Assembly: GCA_964525165.1 (NCBI GenBank)
Contig: CAZGGG010000006.1
Location: 97 to 64,096 of the forward strand
Origin: an uncultured Saprospiraceae bacterium
GTDB taxonomy: Bacteria > Bacteroidota > Bacteroidia > Chitinophagales > Saprospiraceae
Length of the DNA: 64,000 bases
Reading direction: 5' to 3'
A program made the position numbers and the translations under genes. Every line of letters begins with the position of its first letter. The first letter of the stretch is position 1. The notes below the pieces were generated by a model. The model saw only the letters and a program-made list of their open reading frames with translations. It made no database searches and was not told the origin of the DNA. Positions 1-10,226 of the stretch are shown in pieces.

Positions 1-422
1 CGGGTGCCGGTATCATACCGGATATCTTTATCCCCAGAGACTCTATTGCCAATTTGCCTTTTGTGAAGAGCTCTTACAGCCATATCGCTCAGTACATTTA
101 CAATGATATTAGAAAAGAACGCAAGGCCAATGCCTTGATCCGTCCGGAAGACTTATCAAATTGGTGGGAAAGTACCATTTTCACAGATGAAAAGTGGCAG
201 GACTGGATCGCATATTTAGACCAAAAAGAAGCGTCTACAGATTTAGACTTGAGATGGTTGCCGGAGGTGAAGGAGCATTTAGATGAAGTTTATAAGTTTT
301 ACTACGTCAATTACACCTTAGGATTTGAGGATGCTATGGAGCATGATTTAAAGGAAGACCCTTTTTTCAAGCAATCCAGAGCCTTCTTTCTTTCGGAGGA
401 ACAAGTCACGGAACTCCGCTAA
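1..422 (+). CDS. C-terminal fragment of an S41-family (C-terminal processing / tail-specific) peptidase; the 5' end lies outside the window
   Basis: The frame starting at nt 3 is open from the window edge and reads GAGIIPDIFIPRD, which resembles the G-x-G-I-x-PDI motif near the end of the S41 catalytic domain. The rest is a C-terminal extension. Stop codon at 420-422. Confidence 0.5.
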   Translation, partial: GAGIIPDIFIPRDSIANLPFVKSSYSHIAQYIYNDIRKERKANALIRPEDLSNWWESTIFTDEKWQDWIAYLDQKEASTDLDLRWLPEVKEHLDEVYKFYYVNYTLGFEDAMEHDLKEDPFFKQSRAFFLSEEQVTELR

Positions 423-1009
423 GTCCGTATAAAATCCAACTCTCCATTTTTATCAAAAGAAGCAATGACCGAAGGTTGGTTAAACTCAAGCTCTAATTCA
501 TAAGGTGGATAGTATATAAGATCTACGTTTTCTTTGAGACGCTCATCAATTTCGAAATAGGAGGTCGCGTATGCTTCTTGATACAAATTGGCACTCGTCG
601 ACACAATCGGCTGATTCAAACGCCTTATGAGATCAGATAACTCTTTTTTATGAGTAATTCGAAATGCGACACTTCCATCCTCGTGGATTAAGTATTCCGG
701 CAACATGCTCACTTTGGGGTAAATCAGCGTTAAAGGGCGTTCTACATAATCCAATAATGTTTCAATTCTGGGAGGAATGTCCAGCACGTATTGTTGTAGC
801 ATTTTAAAATCAGCAATCAACAATATTAATGGCTCTGTTTGTGGCTTTCCTTTTAGTCGATAGATACTTTCGACCCCCTTACGGGAAAACGCCGCTGCAG
901 CTAAGCCCCATATTGTATCGGTAGGATGTAAAAGAGTTGCCCCTTTTTTGATAGAGCTTACCCAATCTTCCGAAACCTTACTTTTTACTTTGTCGCTATA
1001 TTCCTCCAT
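419..1009 (-). CDS. tsaC: L-threonylcarbamoyladenylate synthase-like protein (YrdC/Sua5/TsaC family)
   Basis: 196 aa. Contains HPTDTIWGLAA, KGKPQTEPLILLIAD and VSTSANL, which are typical of the YrdC domain. Confidence 0.75.
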   Translation of the reverse strand: MEEYSDKVKSKVSEDWVSSIKKGATLLHPTDTIWGLAAAAFSRKGVESIYRLKGKPQTEPLILLIADFKMLQQYVLDIPPRIETLLDYVERPLTLIYPKVSMLPEYLIHEDGSVAFRITHKKELSDLIRRLNQPIVSTSANLYQEAYATSYFEIDERLKENVDLIYYPPYELELEFNQPSVIASFDKNGELDFIRT

Positions 1010-1149
1010 AGATTTCTGTTAGCAAGAAGCCATTACACCACTAATAATTGTTAAAGCACAAAATTTATTGCTTATCATTACGAATAATCAGATTGGATGT
1101 TATTTTTTAAAAATCCAACCAGAAAGACGTTACGGACGTTTATACACAT

Positions 1150-3429
1150 ATGAACACAATAATGAAGCCCATCAAACTTATTCTGATATTTATCGCGCTC
1201 ATAAGCGGGCTTTCTGAAATCCATGCCGCACACATCATTGGAGGCGATTTCTATTACACTTGCCTGGGTAATGGGGAATACCGCTTTAATTTGATTTTAT
1301 ACCGGGATTGTGCCGGTAATGGGGCTTTGTTTGATTCAGACCCCTTGGCCGGAATCACCGCAACGGTTACAGTGTATAGGGAAGATAGGGTACAGCCTTT
1401 CTATCGATCTATCGATTTGAGAGCACCGAGAATAGAAGATGTCAACCCTGAAGTTGAAAATCCTTGTTTGATCATCCCTCCAAATATTTGTGTCCAAAAA
1501 GGGGAATATACCTTTGATTTATCACTGCCCCCTTCGGATTTTGCATACCAGATTGTTTACCAAAGATGTTGTCGGAACAATACCATCAGTAATATTAATA
1601 ATCCCGGAGGTACAGGAGCTACATTCGTATTAGAATTGACCCCTCAAGCTCAGGAAGTGTGCAATTCGACCATACAGTTCAATAATTTCCCGCCTGTAGT
1701 TATTTGTCAGGGGGAGCCTCTGGACTTCGATCATTCCGCGTTTGATCCGGATATGGACTCAACAGTTACCATTGAATATGAATTTTGCGCTCCTTTAAAT
1801 GGGGGAGGGCTTGCCGGTTCAGGTGCAGGTGGTGGTCGAGCCACAGATCCCAATGGTGTGGCGCCCGATCCGGATACTCGTCCTCCTTATCAGACGGTCA
1901 ATTTTGTGGGAGGAGATTTTACTGCTTTAACCCCTTTGGGCGGGGACCCTGTAGTCTCAATTGACAGAACTACGGGTCTGATTACCGGTACTCCCACAGG
2001 ATTGGGACAATATGTTGTTGGAGTGTGCGCCACTGAGCTGGATAGTAACGGGAATGTCCTTTCCGTTATTCGGCGGGACTTTCAGTTCAATGTGGCCCGA
2101 TGCGAAAGCAAAGTTACAGCAGCGATCGATGCTAGTGTGGATGATGGTCAAGAGTTTATTATCAACAGTTGCGGCCCCAACGTGATTGATTTTATCAATT
2201 TGAGTACGCAAGAACGTTTTATTAATCGATATCGATGGGTTTTCGATATCAATGGGCAGGAAGAGGTCTCCGCGCAAAGAAACCCCACCATCACCTTTCC
2301 CGGAAGGGGGCGGTATGAGGGAATTTTAATCATTAATGAGGGAACAGCTTGTTCTGACTCAGCAGATATTGTGGTAAACGTATTGGGTGCTATAGAAGCA
2401 GACTTTTCTTATGAATATGATACTTGTACAGCAGGCCCCGTTTTGTTTCAAGCTACCGACAGCACCGGAAATGGATTCATGGAAGAAAGAATATGGGATT
2501 TCGGTCAAAATCAGCGAGCAGAAGGCCTCCAAGCAACGAATGAATTCCGCCAGCCAGGGGATAGGCTGGTCATTTACTACGCCCGAGATACTGCCGGATG
2601 CCAAGTAGAAGTGCTCAAAGAAATCCCTTACTATCCCATTCCAAATGAAATTTTAGTGGAGCCCATCTTCGTTAACAATTGTGTACCGGTGGAGGTGTTT
2701 TTCAAGAACGAATCGTATCCCATTAATTCTACTTATATCGTCAATTGGGACTTTGGTGATGGCGGTACATCCACTCGTTTTTCTCCTACACATATCTATG
2801 AGGCACCGGGTAATTATACGGTGGGCATTGAAATTATTTCACCCATTGGTTGTGAATACCGAGGAACCTTACAGGCCCCGATATCGGTCATACCCTCACC
2901 GATAGCAGACTTTACCTACAATCCATCGGTTTTGAACCAATTTAATACGGATGTTAATTTCATAGATTTGTCTGCCAGAGCCAGCCAATGGCAATGGTTG
3001 TTTTCCGAAGAGGGGCAGTCCACCTTTCAAAATCCGACCTATAACTTCATGGATACCGGGCTCATGGATGTGACCTTAATCGTAACACATAGCAACGGAT
3101 GTAAGGACACCACTTCACAAGTCTTGGATATTGTGCCAAGTCCCACTTACTTTTTGCCTAATGCATTTTCTCCCAATGACGATGGTGTGAATGATGTATA
3201 TCAAGGGCAAGGTGATTTAATAGGAATCCGGGACTTCAATATGAAGATCTTTAACCGCTATGGTCAATTGGTGTTTGAAACAGAAGAACCGGATATTGGA
3301 TGGAATGGGAGATTCCAAAATGTAGGCTCTGTATTAGAGCAGGGCGTTTATGTTTGTAAAGTTCGTTTTACGGGTCCTCGGGGCAAATCCTATGAAATGA
3401 GTGAATTTGCAACATTGCTCGCAAAATAA
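1150..3429 (+). CDS. Secreted multi-PKD-domain protein with a gliding-motility-associated (T9SS type B) C-terminal domain
   Basis: Signal peptide (LISGLSEIHAAH). PKD-like repeats (WDFGDGGTS..THIY..GNYTV). C-terminus reads YFLPNAFSPNDDGVNDVY...GWNGRF...GVYVCKV, which is characteristic of the type B sorting domain. Confidence 0.85.
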   Translation: MNTIMKPIKLILIFIALISGLSEIHAAHIIGGDFYYTCLGNGEYRFNLILYRDCAGNGALFDSDPLAGITATVTVYREDRVQPFYRSIDLRAPRIEDVNPEVENPCLIIPPNICVQKGEYTFDLSLPPSDFAYQIVYQRCCRNNTISNINNPGGTGATFVLELTPQAQEVCNSTIQFNNFPPVVICQGEPLDFDHSAFDPDMDSTVTIEYEFCAPLNGGGLAGSGAGGGRATDPNGVAPDPDTRPPYQTVNFVGGDFTALTPLGGDPVVSIDRTTGLITGTPTGLGQYVVGVCATELDSNGNVLSVIRRDFQFNVARCESKVTAAIDASVDDGQEFIINSCGPNVIDFINLSTQERFINRYRWVFDINGQEEVSAQRNPTITFPGRGRYEGILIINEGTACSDSADIVVNVLGAIEADFSYEYDTCTAGPVLFQATDSTGNGFMEERIWDFGQNQRAEGLQATNEFRQPGDRLVIYYARDTAGCQVEVLKEIPYYPIPNEILVEPIFVNNCVPVEVFFKNESYPINSTYIVNWDFGDGGTSTRFSPTHIYEAPGNYTVGIEIISPIGCEYRGTLQAPISVIPSPIADFTYNPSVLNQFNTDVNFIDLSARASQWQWLFSEEGQSTFQNPTYNFMDTGLMDVTLIVTHSNGCKDTTSQVLDIVPSPTYFLPNAFSPNDDGVNDVYQGQGDLIGIRDFNMKIFNRYGQLVFETEEPDIGWNGRFQNVGSVLEQGVYVCKVRFTGPRGKSYEMSEFATLLAK

Positions 3430-3463
3430 ATATAGAAATGTGTACATTTCAAGATCAATTGTT

Positions 3464-3471
3464 TATCTTTG
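3464..3471 (+). promoter_or_regulatory. Candidate Bacteroidota -7 promoter box (TATCTTTG matches TAnnTTTG) upstream of rplS
   Basis: Exact match to the TAnnTTTG consensus, 36 nt upstream of the rplS ATG. No clear -33 element was seen. Confidence 0.35.
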
Positions 3472-3506
3472 CGGTCGCTTTTATAACAGAGTAAAGAGAA
3501 TTCGTC

Positions 3507-3860
3507 ATGGATGCGATTAAATATGTACACGAGCAGGTAGCGTCATCAAAAGATTGGCCTGATTTCAAACCTGGAGATAATATTGAAGTAGTATACCGAA
3601 TTGTGGAGGGTAGCAAAGAACGTCCCCAGGCATATCGTGGAGATGTTATCCAAATCAATGGAAGCGGATCTACCAAGACTTTCACAGTGAGAAAAATTTC
3701 AAGTGGTGTGGGTGTAGAGAGAATTTTCCCATTCGCGTCTCCTCATATCATCAGTATCAAAATTCTGAAAAGAGGTAAAGTCAGAAGATCTAAACTTTAT
3801 TACCTGCGTAATCTAGTCGGTAAAAAAGCAAGAATTAAAGAAAAACAGACTTTCAAATAA
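3507..3860 (+). CDS. rplS: 50S ribosomal protein L19
   Basis: 117 aa. [29 protein letters not shown]...[22 protein letters not shown] is a canonical L19 sequence. Confidence 0.96.
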   Translation: MDAIKYVHEQVASSKDWPDFKPGDNIEVVYRIVEGSKERPQAYRGDVIQINGSGSTKTFTVRKISSGVGVERIFPFASPHIISIKILKRGKVRRSKLYYLRNLVGKKARIKEKQTFK

Positions 3861-3883
3861 GTTCTGTTCTTTACATAAAACAA

Positions 3884-3918
3884 ATGCCTCTTTGATTGAG
3901 TTTCAAAGGGGCATTTTT
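3884..3918 (+). terminator. Rho-independent terminator after rplS
   Basis: A 12-bp stem pairs ATGCCTCTTTGA (3884-3895) with TCAAAGGGGCAT (3903-3914), including one G-U pair. The loop is 7 nt and is followed by TTTT. Confidence 0.75.
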
Positions 3919-3928
3919 AGTTATACGT

Positions 3929-5161
3929 ATGCTTAGAGTATTAATCATATTCGTGATTCTGTTCCTGATGGATCTTTACCTCTTTCAGGGTCTGAAACAA
4001 ATTTGGAGTTCAAAATGGGTGTTCGCACTTATATATGGCACCCTCAGTCTTTTATTTTATTTGTGGATTTTCTTGGCTATTTATGATGTCACGGATACCT
4101 GGGAGCAAAGGTATCCCTGGTATATCTATCTCCGGGCATTCTTCTTTATCCTCGTTTTTGCTAAAATATTAGCTCTTGTGCCTATCCTCATTGACGATTT
4201 GAGAAGAGGAGTTGGCTATCTCATTCAATTGTTTGCGACAGAAGAGAATGAGAAGTATCTAGCGGCCAGAAATCAGTTCTTAAGTCGACTTTCTTTAGTG
4301 ATGGCGGGTATTCCTCTATTTTTATTGACCTATGGGATGATTCGAAATCCGTTTCGGTTTAAACGGCAATTGCAAAGAATTCCTATCAAAGGCTTACCTA
4401 AAGAACTCGAAGGCTTAAAGATTGTACAGATCTCAGATTTACACAGCGGTACTTTTAAAGACGGTCGTCTTTTTCAAAGAGCCGTGGACATGATCAATCA
4501 TGAGGAACCTGATTTAGTGTTTTTTACGGGAGACCTGGTGAATAATACAGCTCATGAAGCAGATCCTTTTATTGATGTCTTTAAGCATATCCGGGCACAG
4601 TATGGTGTGTATTCGATTTTGGGGAATCACGATTATGGAGATTATGTCCGCTGGCCCAGTGAGCGTGAGAAACAAGCTAATTTTGAAGCCCTATGCTTAC
4701 AACACCGGAAGATGGGTTGGAAGTTACTGAGGAATGAGCATGTTTCTTTAGAAATAAATGGAAAGAGACTCAATATTCTAGGTGTCGAGAACTACTCTGC
4801 CTTACCTCAGTTTCCGAAGTATGGTGATTTGTATAAAGCCAGACAAGGTGCCCCTCAAGCTGATATGAATATACTTTTATCACATGATCCGACACACTGG
4901 GATAGTAGCATTGCTCATAAAGAGAAGGATGTGCAATTAACCTTCAGTGGGCATACACATGGTTTTCAGTTTGGTATAGAAATCCCGGGATTCATTCGCT
5001 GGAGTCCTAGCCAGTGGGTCTACAAACACTGGGCAGGTCTCTATCAAGAGAATAATCAATATCTTTATGTCAACAGAGGCTTGGGATGTTTGGCTTACCC
5101 CGGTAGAGTCGGGATTCTCCCGGAAATTTCTGTAATAAAACTAGAATCAGATGTATCGTAA
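3929..5161 (+). CDS. Membrane-anchored metallophosphoesterase (calcineurin-like, YkuE-like architecture)
   Basis: The N-terminal region has about 4-5 hydrophobic helices, followed by DLHSG, GDLVNN, GNHDY and GHTHG phosphoesterase motifs. The first ATG is at 3929; the longer ORF from the TTG at 3896 overlaps the rplS terminator. Confidence 0.85.
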   Translation: MLRVLIIFVILFLMDLYLFQGLKQIWSSKWVFALIYGTLSLLFYLWIFLAIYDVTDTWEQRYPWYIYLRAFFFILVFAKILALVPILIDDLRRGVGYLIQLFATEENEKYLAARNQFLSRLSLVMAGIPLFLLTYGMIRNPFRFKRQLQRIPIKGLPKELEGLKIVQISDLHSGTFKDGRLFQRAVDMINHEEPDLVFFTGDLVNNTAHEADPFIDVFKHIRAQYGVYSILGNHDYGDYVRWPSEREKQANFEALCLQHRKMGWKLLRNEHVSLEINGKRLNILGVENYSALPQFPKYGDLYKARQGAPQADMNILLSHDPTHWDSSIAHKEKDVQLTFSGHTHGFQFGIEIPGFIRWSPSQWVYKHWAGLYQENNQYLYVNRGLGCLAYPGRVGILPEISVIKLESDVS

Positions 5162-5546
5162 ATTGTTTCTTATCCTAATCATAAGCGGCGCATTCGCAGG
5201 ATGCGGAGGAGAGAACGCAAAGGACACCAAAGAAACCCATTCCCTAGTGGATAGCACCCAATTAGAAGGGAACTGGCAAATCTACTATGCTGAAAGGAGC
5301 AGTGTGCCTACGGGTGTCTTACAAAACACCTTCTTTTCTTTTACAGTGGATTCTATGGAAACGAATATGCCCACACAAGCCGGGCGATCCAGTTATTCTT
5401 GGATCGATGGTTCTATCGTGCGAGAAGCGCAGCCACCTTCATTTTATGAGGTGAAAAAGTTAAATAAGGACTCTTTAACCATGCATGTGGAACTAGAAGG
5501 CTTCAATTTCGAATTATTTCTACAAAGAACACCAGAAGGAGAATGA
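5151..5546 (+). CDS. Small lipoprotein, function unknown
   Basis: Lipoprotein signal with lipobox (LIISGAFAGC). The start overlaps the upstream stop by 11 nt, and the stop overlaps the next start (ATGA). Confidence 0.6.
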   Translation: MYRKLFLILIISGAFAGCGGENAKDTKETHSLVDSTQLEGNWQIYYAERSSVPTGVLQNTFFSFTVDSMETNMPTQAGRSSYSWIDGSIVREAQPPSFYEVKKLNKDSLTMHVELEGFNFELFLQRTPEGE

Positions 5547-7027
5547 AAATTCAGTCCCTATACGCATCATGGTACCTACTCATTTGCTTAAGCTTTATAA
5601 GCACAACACTTTCTGCTTTGCAGGTAAGTGTTGATCCGTTGGTCTATCGGGGAGTAGATCAATCTGTTGTGGAGATCAATTATCAGGTTGTAGGTAACAC
5701 GATTACTTTTGATACTCTTTTGGTTACATCCGAAGAACAGTATCAGGCAGCAGTCGATGTGATTATCTTATTCAAGCAGGATAGCACGATCATTCAATTT
5801 GACAAGTTTCGGCTTAGAGGTCCTCTTTCCTCCAGCATGAATGATTTTATTGATATACGCACCTATGGTCTGGAGCCGGGCATTTATCAATTAGATATAG
5901 AATTTGCAGATGCTGCGGATGCAGCCAATGTGTATCGCTTCAACCAGGAATTAGTCGTTCCCGATTATCAGAAACAAGAACCCCAGTTTTCCAATATTAA
6001 GCTTTTGGCGAGATTGCAACAACCCAAAGAAGAGAGTGATCAGGCATGGATAAAAAATGGAGTGGTTATGGAACCCTTGCCTCATCATTTTTATGATTCC
6101 AGACACGATTTTCTGCAGTTTTATCTGGAGCTATATGCTGTAGATATTATTGAGATTCGACCTTTGGTCCTACATATGGAGATTCAAAGAGAAATCAATG
6201 GAGAATGGATCACCAAACAACAAGCGTATCAAAGATTGGAACAATATAGAGCTGTAGAGCCATTCGCCAGAAAATTAAGCTTGCAACAACTCCCATCGGA
6301 TTATTATAGGTTTAGAGTGAGTCTGATCGATGCGAAGAAAAATGAATACCTGAAAAAGCAGATTTTTTTCTACTACTCGAATCCTGAAAATGATTCTAAG
6401 CTGATTGAACAAAAATTGGAATCTTCTACGGATAATTTCTTCCGGAAGTTATCTGACGACAGTCTGGAATATGCTTTAAGAGCTATCGCGCCCGTGATTC
6501 CCTCTACAGACCAGCCCAGAGTGAATTATTTGGTATCCAAAGGTACGCAGGATATGAAAGCTGATTTTCTATATGATTATTGGGTGAAACGTGATCCGCT
6601 TCGCACTCATGCTGCCTACGATCAGTTTATGACATTGGCGGATGCGCTGCATGAGAAGTACTATAATACCTTTGGATATGGATTTGAGTCAGACCGGGCC
6701 ATGATCTATTTGAAATATGGTCCACCGACAAGAATTGCCACACGTCATAATGACCAATCCGCTGTTCCTTATGAAATTTGGTCTTACGACCGGATAGACT
6801 ATACGAGTCAAACCAATGTGAAATTTGTATTCTATAATCCTACTTTAGCCGGAAATGATTTCATACTCTTGCATTCTAATTGCAGAAATGAGTTGAACAA
6901 TCCTAAATGGTTGCAATACATCTATACTGCAGCTCCCGATGAGTTAGAAGGAGATAATTATCGGGATGCACGAGGGATACAAGACAATTTTGGACGAGAG
7001 GCAGCACGTTTATTTAACGATAACTAA
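5543..7027 (+). CDS. GWxTD-domain-like secreted protein, function unknown
   Basis: Signal peptide. The C-terminal region reads GYGFESDRAMIYLKYGPPTRI...PYEIWSY, which resembles the GWxTDRG...YG.P...E.W.Y signature. Here W is replaced by F and T by S. Confidence 0.65.
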   Translation: MKIQSLYASWYLLICLSFISTTLSALQVSVDPLVYRGVDQSVVEINYQVVGNTITFDTLLVTSEEQYQAAVDVIILFKQDSTIIQFDKFRLRGPLSSSMNDFIDIRTYGLEPGIYQLDIEFADAADAANVYRFNQELVVPDYQKQEPQFSNIKLLARLQQPKEESDQAWIKNGVVMEPLPHHFYDSRHDFLQFYLELYAVDIIEIRPLVLHMEIQREINGEWITKQQAYQRLEQYRAVEPFARKLSLQQLPSDYYRFRVSLIDAKKNEYLKKQIFFYYSNPENDSKLIEQKLESSTDNFFRKLSDDSLEYALRAIAPVIPSTDQPRVNYLVSKGTQDMKADFLYDYWVKRDPLRTHAAYDQFMTLADALHEKYYNTFGYGFESDRAMIYLKYGPPTRIATRHNDQSAVPYEIWSYDRIDYTSQTNVKFVFYNPTLAGNDFILLHSNCRNELNNPKWLQYIYTAAPDELEGDNYRDARGIQDNFGREAARLFNDN

Positions 7028-7041
7028 ATCAATAAGCATCA

Positions 7042-7557
7042 ATGAAGCGTGTGGTTTCGAAATTTTGGGTGAGTCTTTTTATCCTCTTTTTTAATGGATG
7101 GACGCTCAATGGTCAAATACTGACGGATTCTTTGTACGAGAATTTTGAGTGGCGCATAGAACAACCTTTTCTTTATGATGTCTACATTCCGGCGAATGAA
7201 GAAGAGGCTTTTTCTGAAATCCAAAGATTAGCAGAAGGAACCGGTTTGGAAAAATTTAAATCGGCACCGGAAGATAGCATCCGCAGAAGATTGCATTTTG
7301 GCATCGGAAAGTGGATGATGAAAAACTGGCAGTTGATGGAAGGCAGTCGCCTTTCCAATCACCTGAGCCAAAAAGGCTTGACCTACCCTGATGATATGGT
7401 GGAATATTTGATTGTAAGTTTTCACCGTCATTTAAATGGTCGAGAGAGGAAGGAAGATGCATTGATTGACTTCTATCTCCAGGAACGTAAGCGACTATAT
7501 TATGAGCAGCAAGAAAAGCTCAAAAAGGTGGTGATAGATACACTTGAACAAGAATGA
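7042..7557 (+). CDS. Secreted hypothetical protein
   Basis: 171 aa with an N-terminal signal-like segment (FWVSLFILFFNGWTLNGQ). It starts 14 nt after the previous gene on the same strand. No family could be assigned with confidence. Confidence 0.55.
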   Translation: MKRVVSKFWVSLFILFFNGWTLNGQILTDSLYENFEWRIEQPFLYDVYIPANEEEAFSEIQRLAEGTGLEKFKSAPEDSIRRRLHFGIGKWMMKNWQLMEGSRLSNHLSQKGLTYPDDMVEYLIVSFHRHLNGRERKEDALIDFYLQERKRLYYEQQEKLKKVVIDTLEQE

Positions 7558-7665
7558 TTTTCTGTCTTTGTGAGGCAATGCAACATCCCACAGAGCCGAA
7601 TCATATTTATACTTAGTTCAGATTTTATACTTTTACACCCGATACTATTCAAAAAATGACCTTTT

Positions 7666-10215
7666 ATGCCAAAGAATTTACTCATTGTTGAGTCCCCTGC
7701 AAAGGCTAAAACCATTGAAAAATATTTAGGAAAAGATTTTAAAGTTACCTCTAGCTACGGCCACATCAGAGACCTGTCTAAAAATGACATGGGAGTGGAT
7801 ATCGAAAATAATTTTGAACCTCGATACGAAGTAACTCCGGATAAAAAGAAGACAGTCAAAGAGTTAAAATCTTTGTTGAAATCGTCTGAAGAGGTTTGGC
7901 TGGCGACGGATGAGGACCGTGAGGGAGAAGCCATTTCTTGGCATTTGGCAGAAGTATTAGGTCTGGATGTACAGAACACCAAAAGAATTGTTTTTCGCGA
8001 GATCACGAAGCCGGCAATACAGAAAGCAGTACAAAATCCCAGAAAGGTAGATGTCAATCTGGTAGATGCACAGCAAGCCAGAAGGATTTTGGATCGACTG
8101 GTTGGTTTTGAACTTTCAGAATTACTATGGAAAAAGGTAAAAGGACAACTATCAGCCGGTAGAGTGCAGTCCGTCGCTGTGCGTCTGATCGTGGAAAGAG
8201 AGCGGGAAATCCAACAGTTTGAGTCAGAAGATTTTTATCGAATCTACGCTTATTTCGAAGTGGAGAACACACAGGGAAAAAAGGTGGAACTCAAAGCTGA
8301 ATCACCGGATCGATTTAAAACGATAGATGATGCCAGATCCTTTCTGGAGTCTTGCAGGGTCTCTGAGTTTAAGATTACCGACAAAACCGTTAAAAACTCA
8401 AAGTCTAGCCCCAAACCTCCTTTTACGACCTCTACGCTACAACAAGAGGCTTCCAGAAAGCTTTACTTCTCCGTTCAAAGGACTATGAGTGTAGCTCAAA
8501 AATTATATGAAGCAGGTCACATTACTTACATGAGAACCGATTCAACGAACCTGAGTGAGTTGGCAATTGCATCGATTTCAGAGCAAGTAAAATCTGAATT
8601 TGGTGATAAGTATTTGAAAAACAGACGTTATAAAGGGAAGTCTAGTGGTGCTCAGGAAGCGCACGAAGCGATTCGTCCGACTTATATAGAGCGCGATGCT
8701 ATTTCCGGGGATCGCGACATGCAGCGATTATACGAATTGATTCGCAACAGAACCTTAGCTTGCCAGATGGCTGCTGCTGAATTTGAAAATACGACTGTAG
8801 AAATCGGTATTTCTGCTTTGCCGGACAGACGCCTTACGGCAAAAGGGAAAGTATTGAAATTCGATGGTCACCTGCGCGTTTATATTGAGTCAGAGGATGA
8901 TCAGGATGAAGAAGAAGTAAAAGGAATGCTCCCCCCACTTAGGGTAGGGCAAGAACTCTTGTTGGACCATATGTTTTCCCGACAGAGTTTCACACGTCCT
9001 CCTGCACGTTATACGGAGGCAAGCCTTGTCAAAGAACTTGAAGCAAGAGGTATCGGAAGACCCTCTACCTATTCTCCGACCATCTCCAAGATTATGGATC
9101 CCAAAAGGGGATATGTCACCAAAGAGAGTCGGGAAGGGGCGGAGAGAACTTTTCACACGCTCAAGCTGGCGAATGGAACGATTGAAGAAAGCACGGATAC
9201 CGAGATTACAGGAGCTACATCGAATCGATTGTATAGTTCAGATATAGGAATGGTTGTTACAGATTTTCTATCTGAGCACTTTGAAGGAATTATGGATTAC
9301 CACTTTACTGCTGAAATCGAAGAACAATTCGATACGATTGCAGAGGGTAAGCTCAACTGGCGCACGATGCTCCAAAGCTTTTATAAACCTTTTCACGAGC
9401 GAGTGGAGCAAACACTCGAGCAGTCAGAGCGATTTACAGGAGAGCGGATACTCGGTAAAGACCCGGAATCCGGTCGAACCCTTTTGACAAGAATGACGAA
9501 GTTCGGACCCGTGGTGCAAATTGGGAGTCCTGAAGAACTTAAGGAAGGTGAAAAGCCTAAATATGCCAACCTTAGAAAAGGTCAAAGTATCGAGACCATA
9601 GAGTTGGAGGAGGCATTAGAGTTATTTGCTTTGCCTAAAACCATCGGACAATATAAAGGGGAAGATATTGTGGTGAATATTGGCCGATATGGTCCTTACG
9701 TCCGCTTTGGAGACAAATTCGTTTCTATACCCAAAGGGGAAGACCCTTTTGAAGTGAATTTGCAAGACGCTATTCCGTGGATTCAGGCTAAATTGAAAGA
9801 AGACGAGCCCATCGCTTTCTTTCAGGATCAGCCTATTACCAGAGGGAAAGGTCGCTTTGGCCCATATTTAAAATGGAGTAATTTATATGTGAATATCCCT
9901 AAAAAGATAGATCCGGCCTCTGTGGATGCGTCTATGGCTGTAGAAATGGTCAAGGAGAAGAAAGAGAAGGAGGATAAACGGTATATCCATCAGTGGCCCG
10001 AAGAGCAAATCTCTGTCCAAAATGGAAGATGGGGCCCCTTTATCAAGTTCAAGAAGAAAAATGTAAAGCTGCCTAAAACGGAAGCCGGAGAAAAGATGAC
10101 TCCTGAAGATGCCAAAGAGCTGACTTTAGAGCAGGTCAAGGACATCATCGAGAAAGAGTTGCCGGGTTCTTTTAAAAAGAAAACCAAAACCAAGGCGAAA
10201 GCAAAAAAGAAGTAA
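7666..10215 (+). CDS. topA: DNA topoisomerase I
   Basis: Toprim N-terminus LIVESPAKAKTIEKYLG, ATDEDREGEAI, and the active-site region GHITYMRTDS. There are three Cys-less C-terminal repeats (GRYGPYVRF, GRFGPYLKW, GRWGPFIKF) and a Lys-rich tail. Confidence 0.97.
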   Translation: MPKNLLIVESPAKAKTIEKYLGKDFKVTSSYGHIRDLSKNDMGVDIENNFEPRYEVTPDKKKTVKELKSLLKSSEEVWLATDEDREGEAISWHLAEVLGLDVQNTKRIVFREITKPAIQKAVQNPRKVDVNLVDAQQARRILDRLVGFELSELLWKKVKGQLSAGRVQSVAVRLIVEREREIQQFESEDFYRIYAYFEVENTQGKKVELKAESPDRFKTIDDARSFLESCRVSEFKITDKTVKNSKSSPKPPFTTSTLQQEASRKLYFSVQRTMSVAQKLYEAGHITYMRTDSTNLSELAIASISEQVKSEFGDKYLKNRRYKGKSSGAQEAHEAIRPTYIERDAISGDRDMQRLYELIRNRTLACQMAAAEFENTTVEIGISALPDRRLTAKGKVLKFDGHLRVYIESEDDQDEEEVKGMLPPLRVGQELLLDHMFSRQSFTRPPARYTEASLVKELEARGIGRPSTYSPTISKIMDPKRGYVTKESREGAERTFHTLKLANGTIEESTDTEITGATSNRLYSSDIGMVVTDFLSEHFEGIMDYHFTAEIEEQFDTIAEGKLNWRTMLQSFYKPFHERVEQTLEQSERFTGERILGKDPESGRTLLTRMTKFGPVVQIGSPEELKEGEKPKYANLRKGQSIETIELEEALELFALPKTIGQYKGEDIVVNIGRYGPYVRFGDKFVSIPKGEDPFEVNLQDAIPWIQAKLKEDEPIAFFQDQPITRGKGRFGPYLKWSNLYVNIPKKIDPASVDASMAVEMVKEKKEKEDKRYIHQWPEEQISVQNGRWGPFIKFKKKNVKLPKTEAGEKMTPEDAKELTLEQVKDIIEKELPGSFKKKTKTKAKAKKK

Positions 10216-10226
10216 GACTTTACTTC
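10203..10226 (-). terminator. Candidate Rho-independent terminator for lpxB, overlapping the last topA codons
   Basis: On the minus strand, GAAGTAA-agtc-TTACTTC is followed by TTTTTT. The T-run is the complement of the topA poly-Lys codons. The stem spans both stop codons. Confidence 0.45.
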
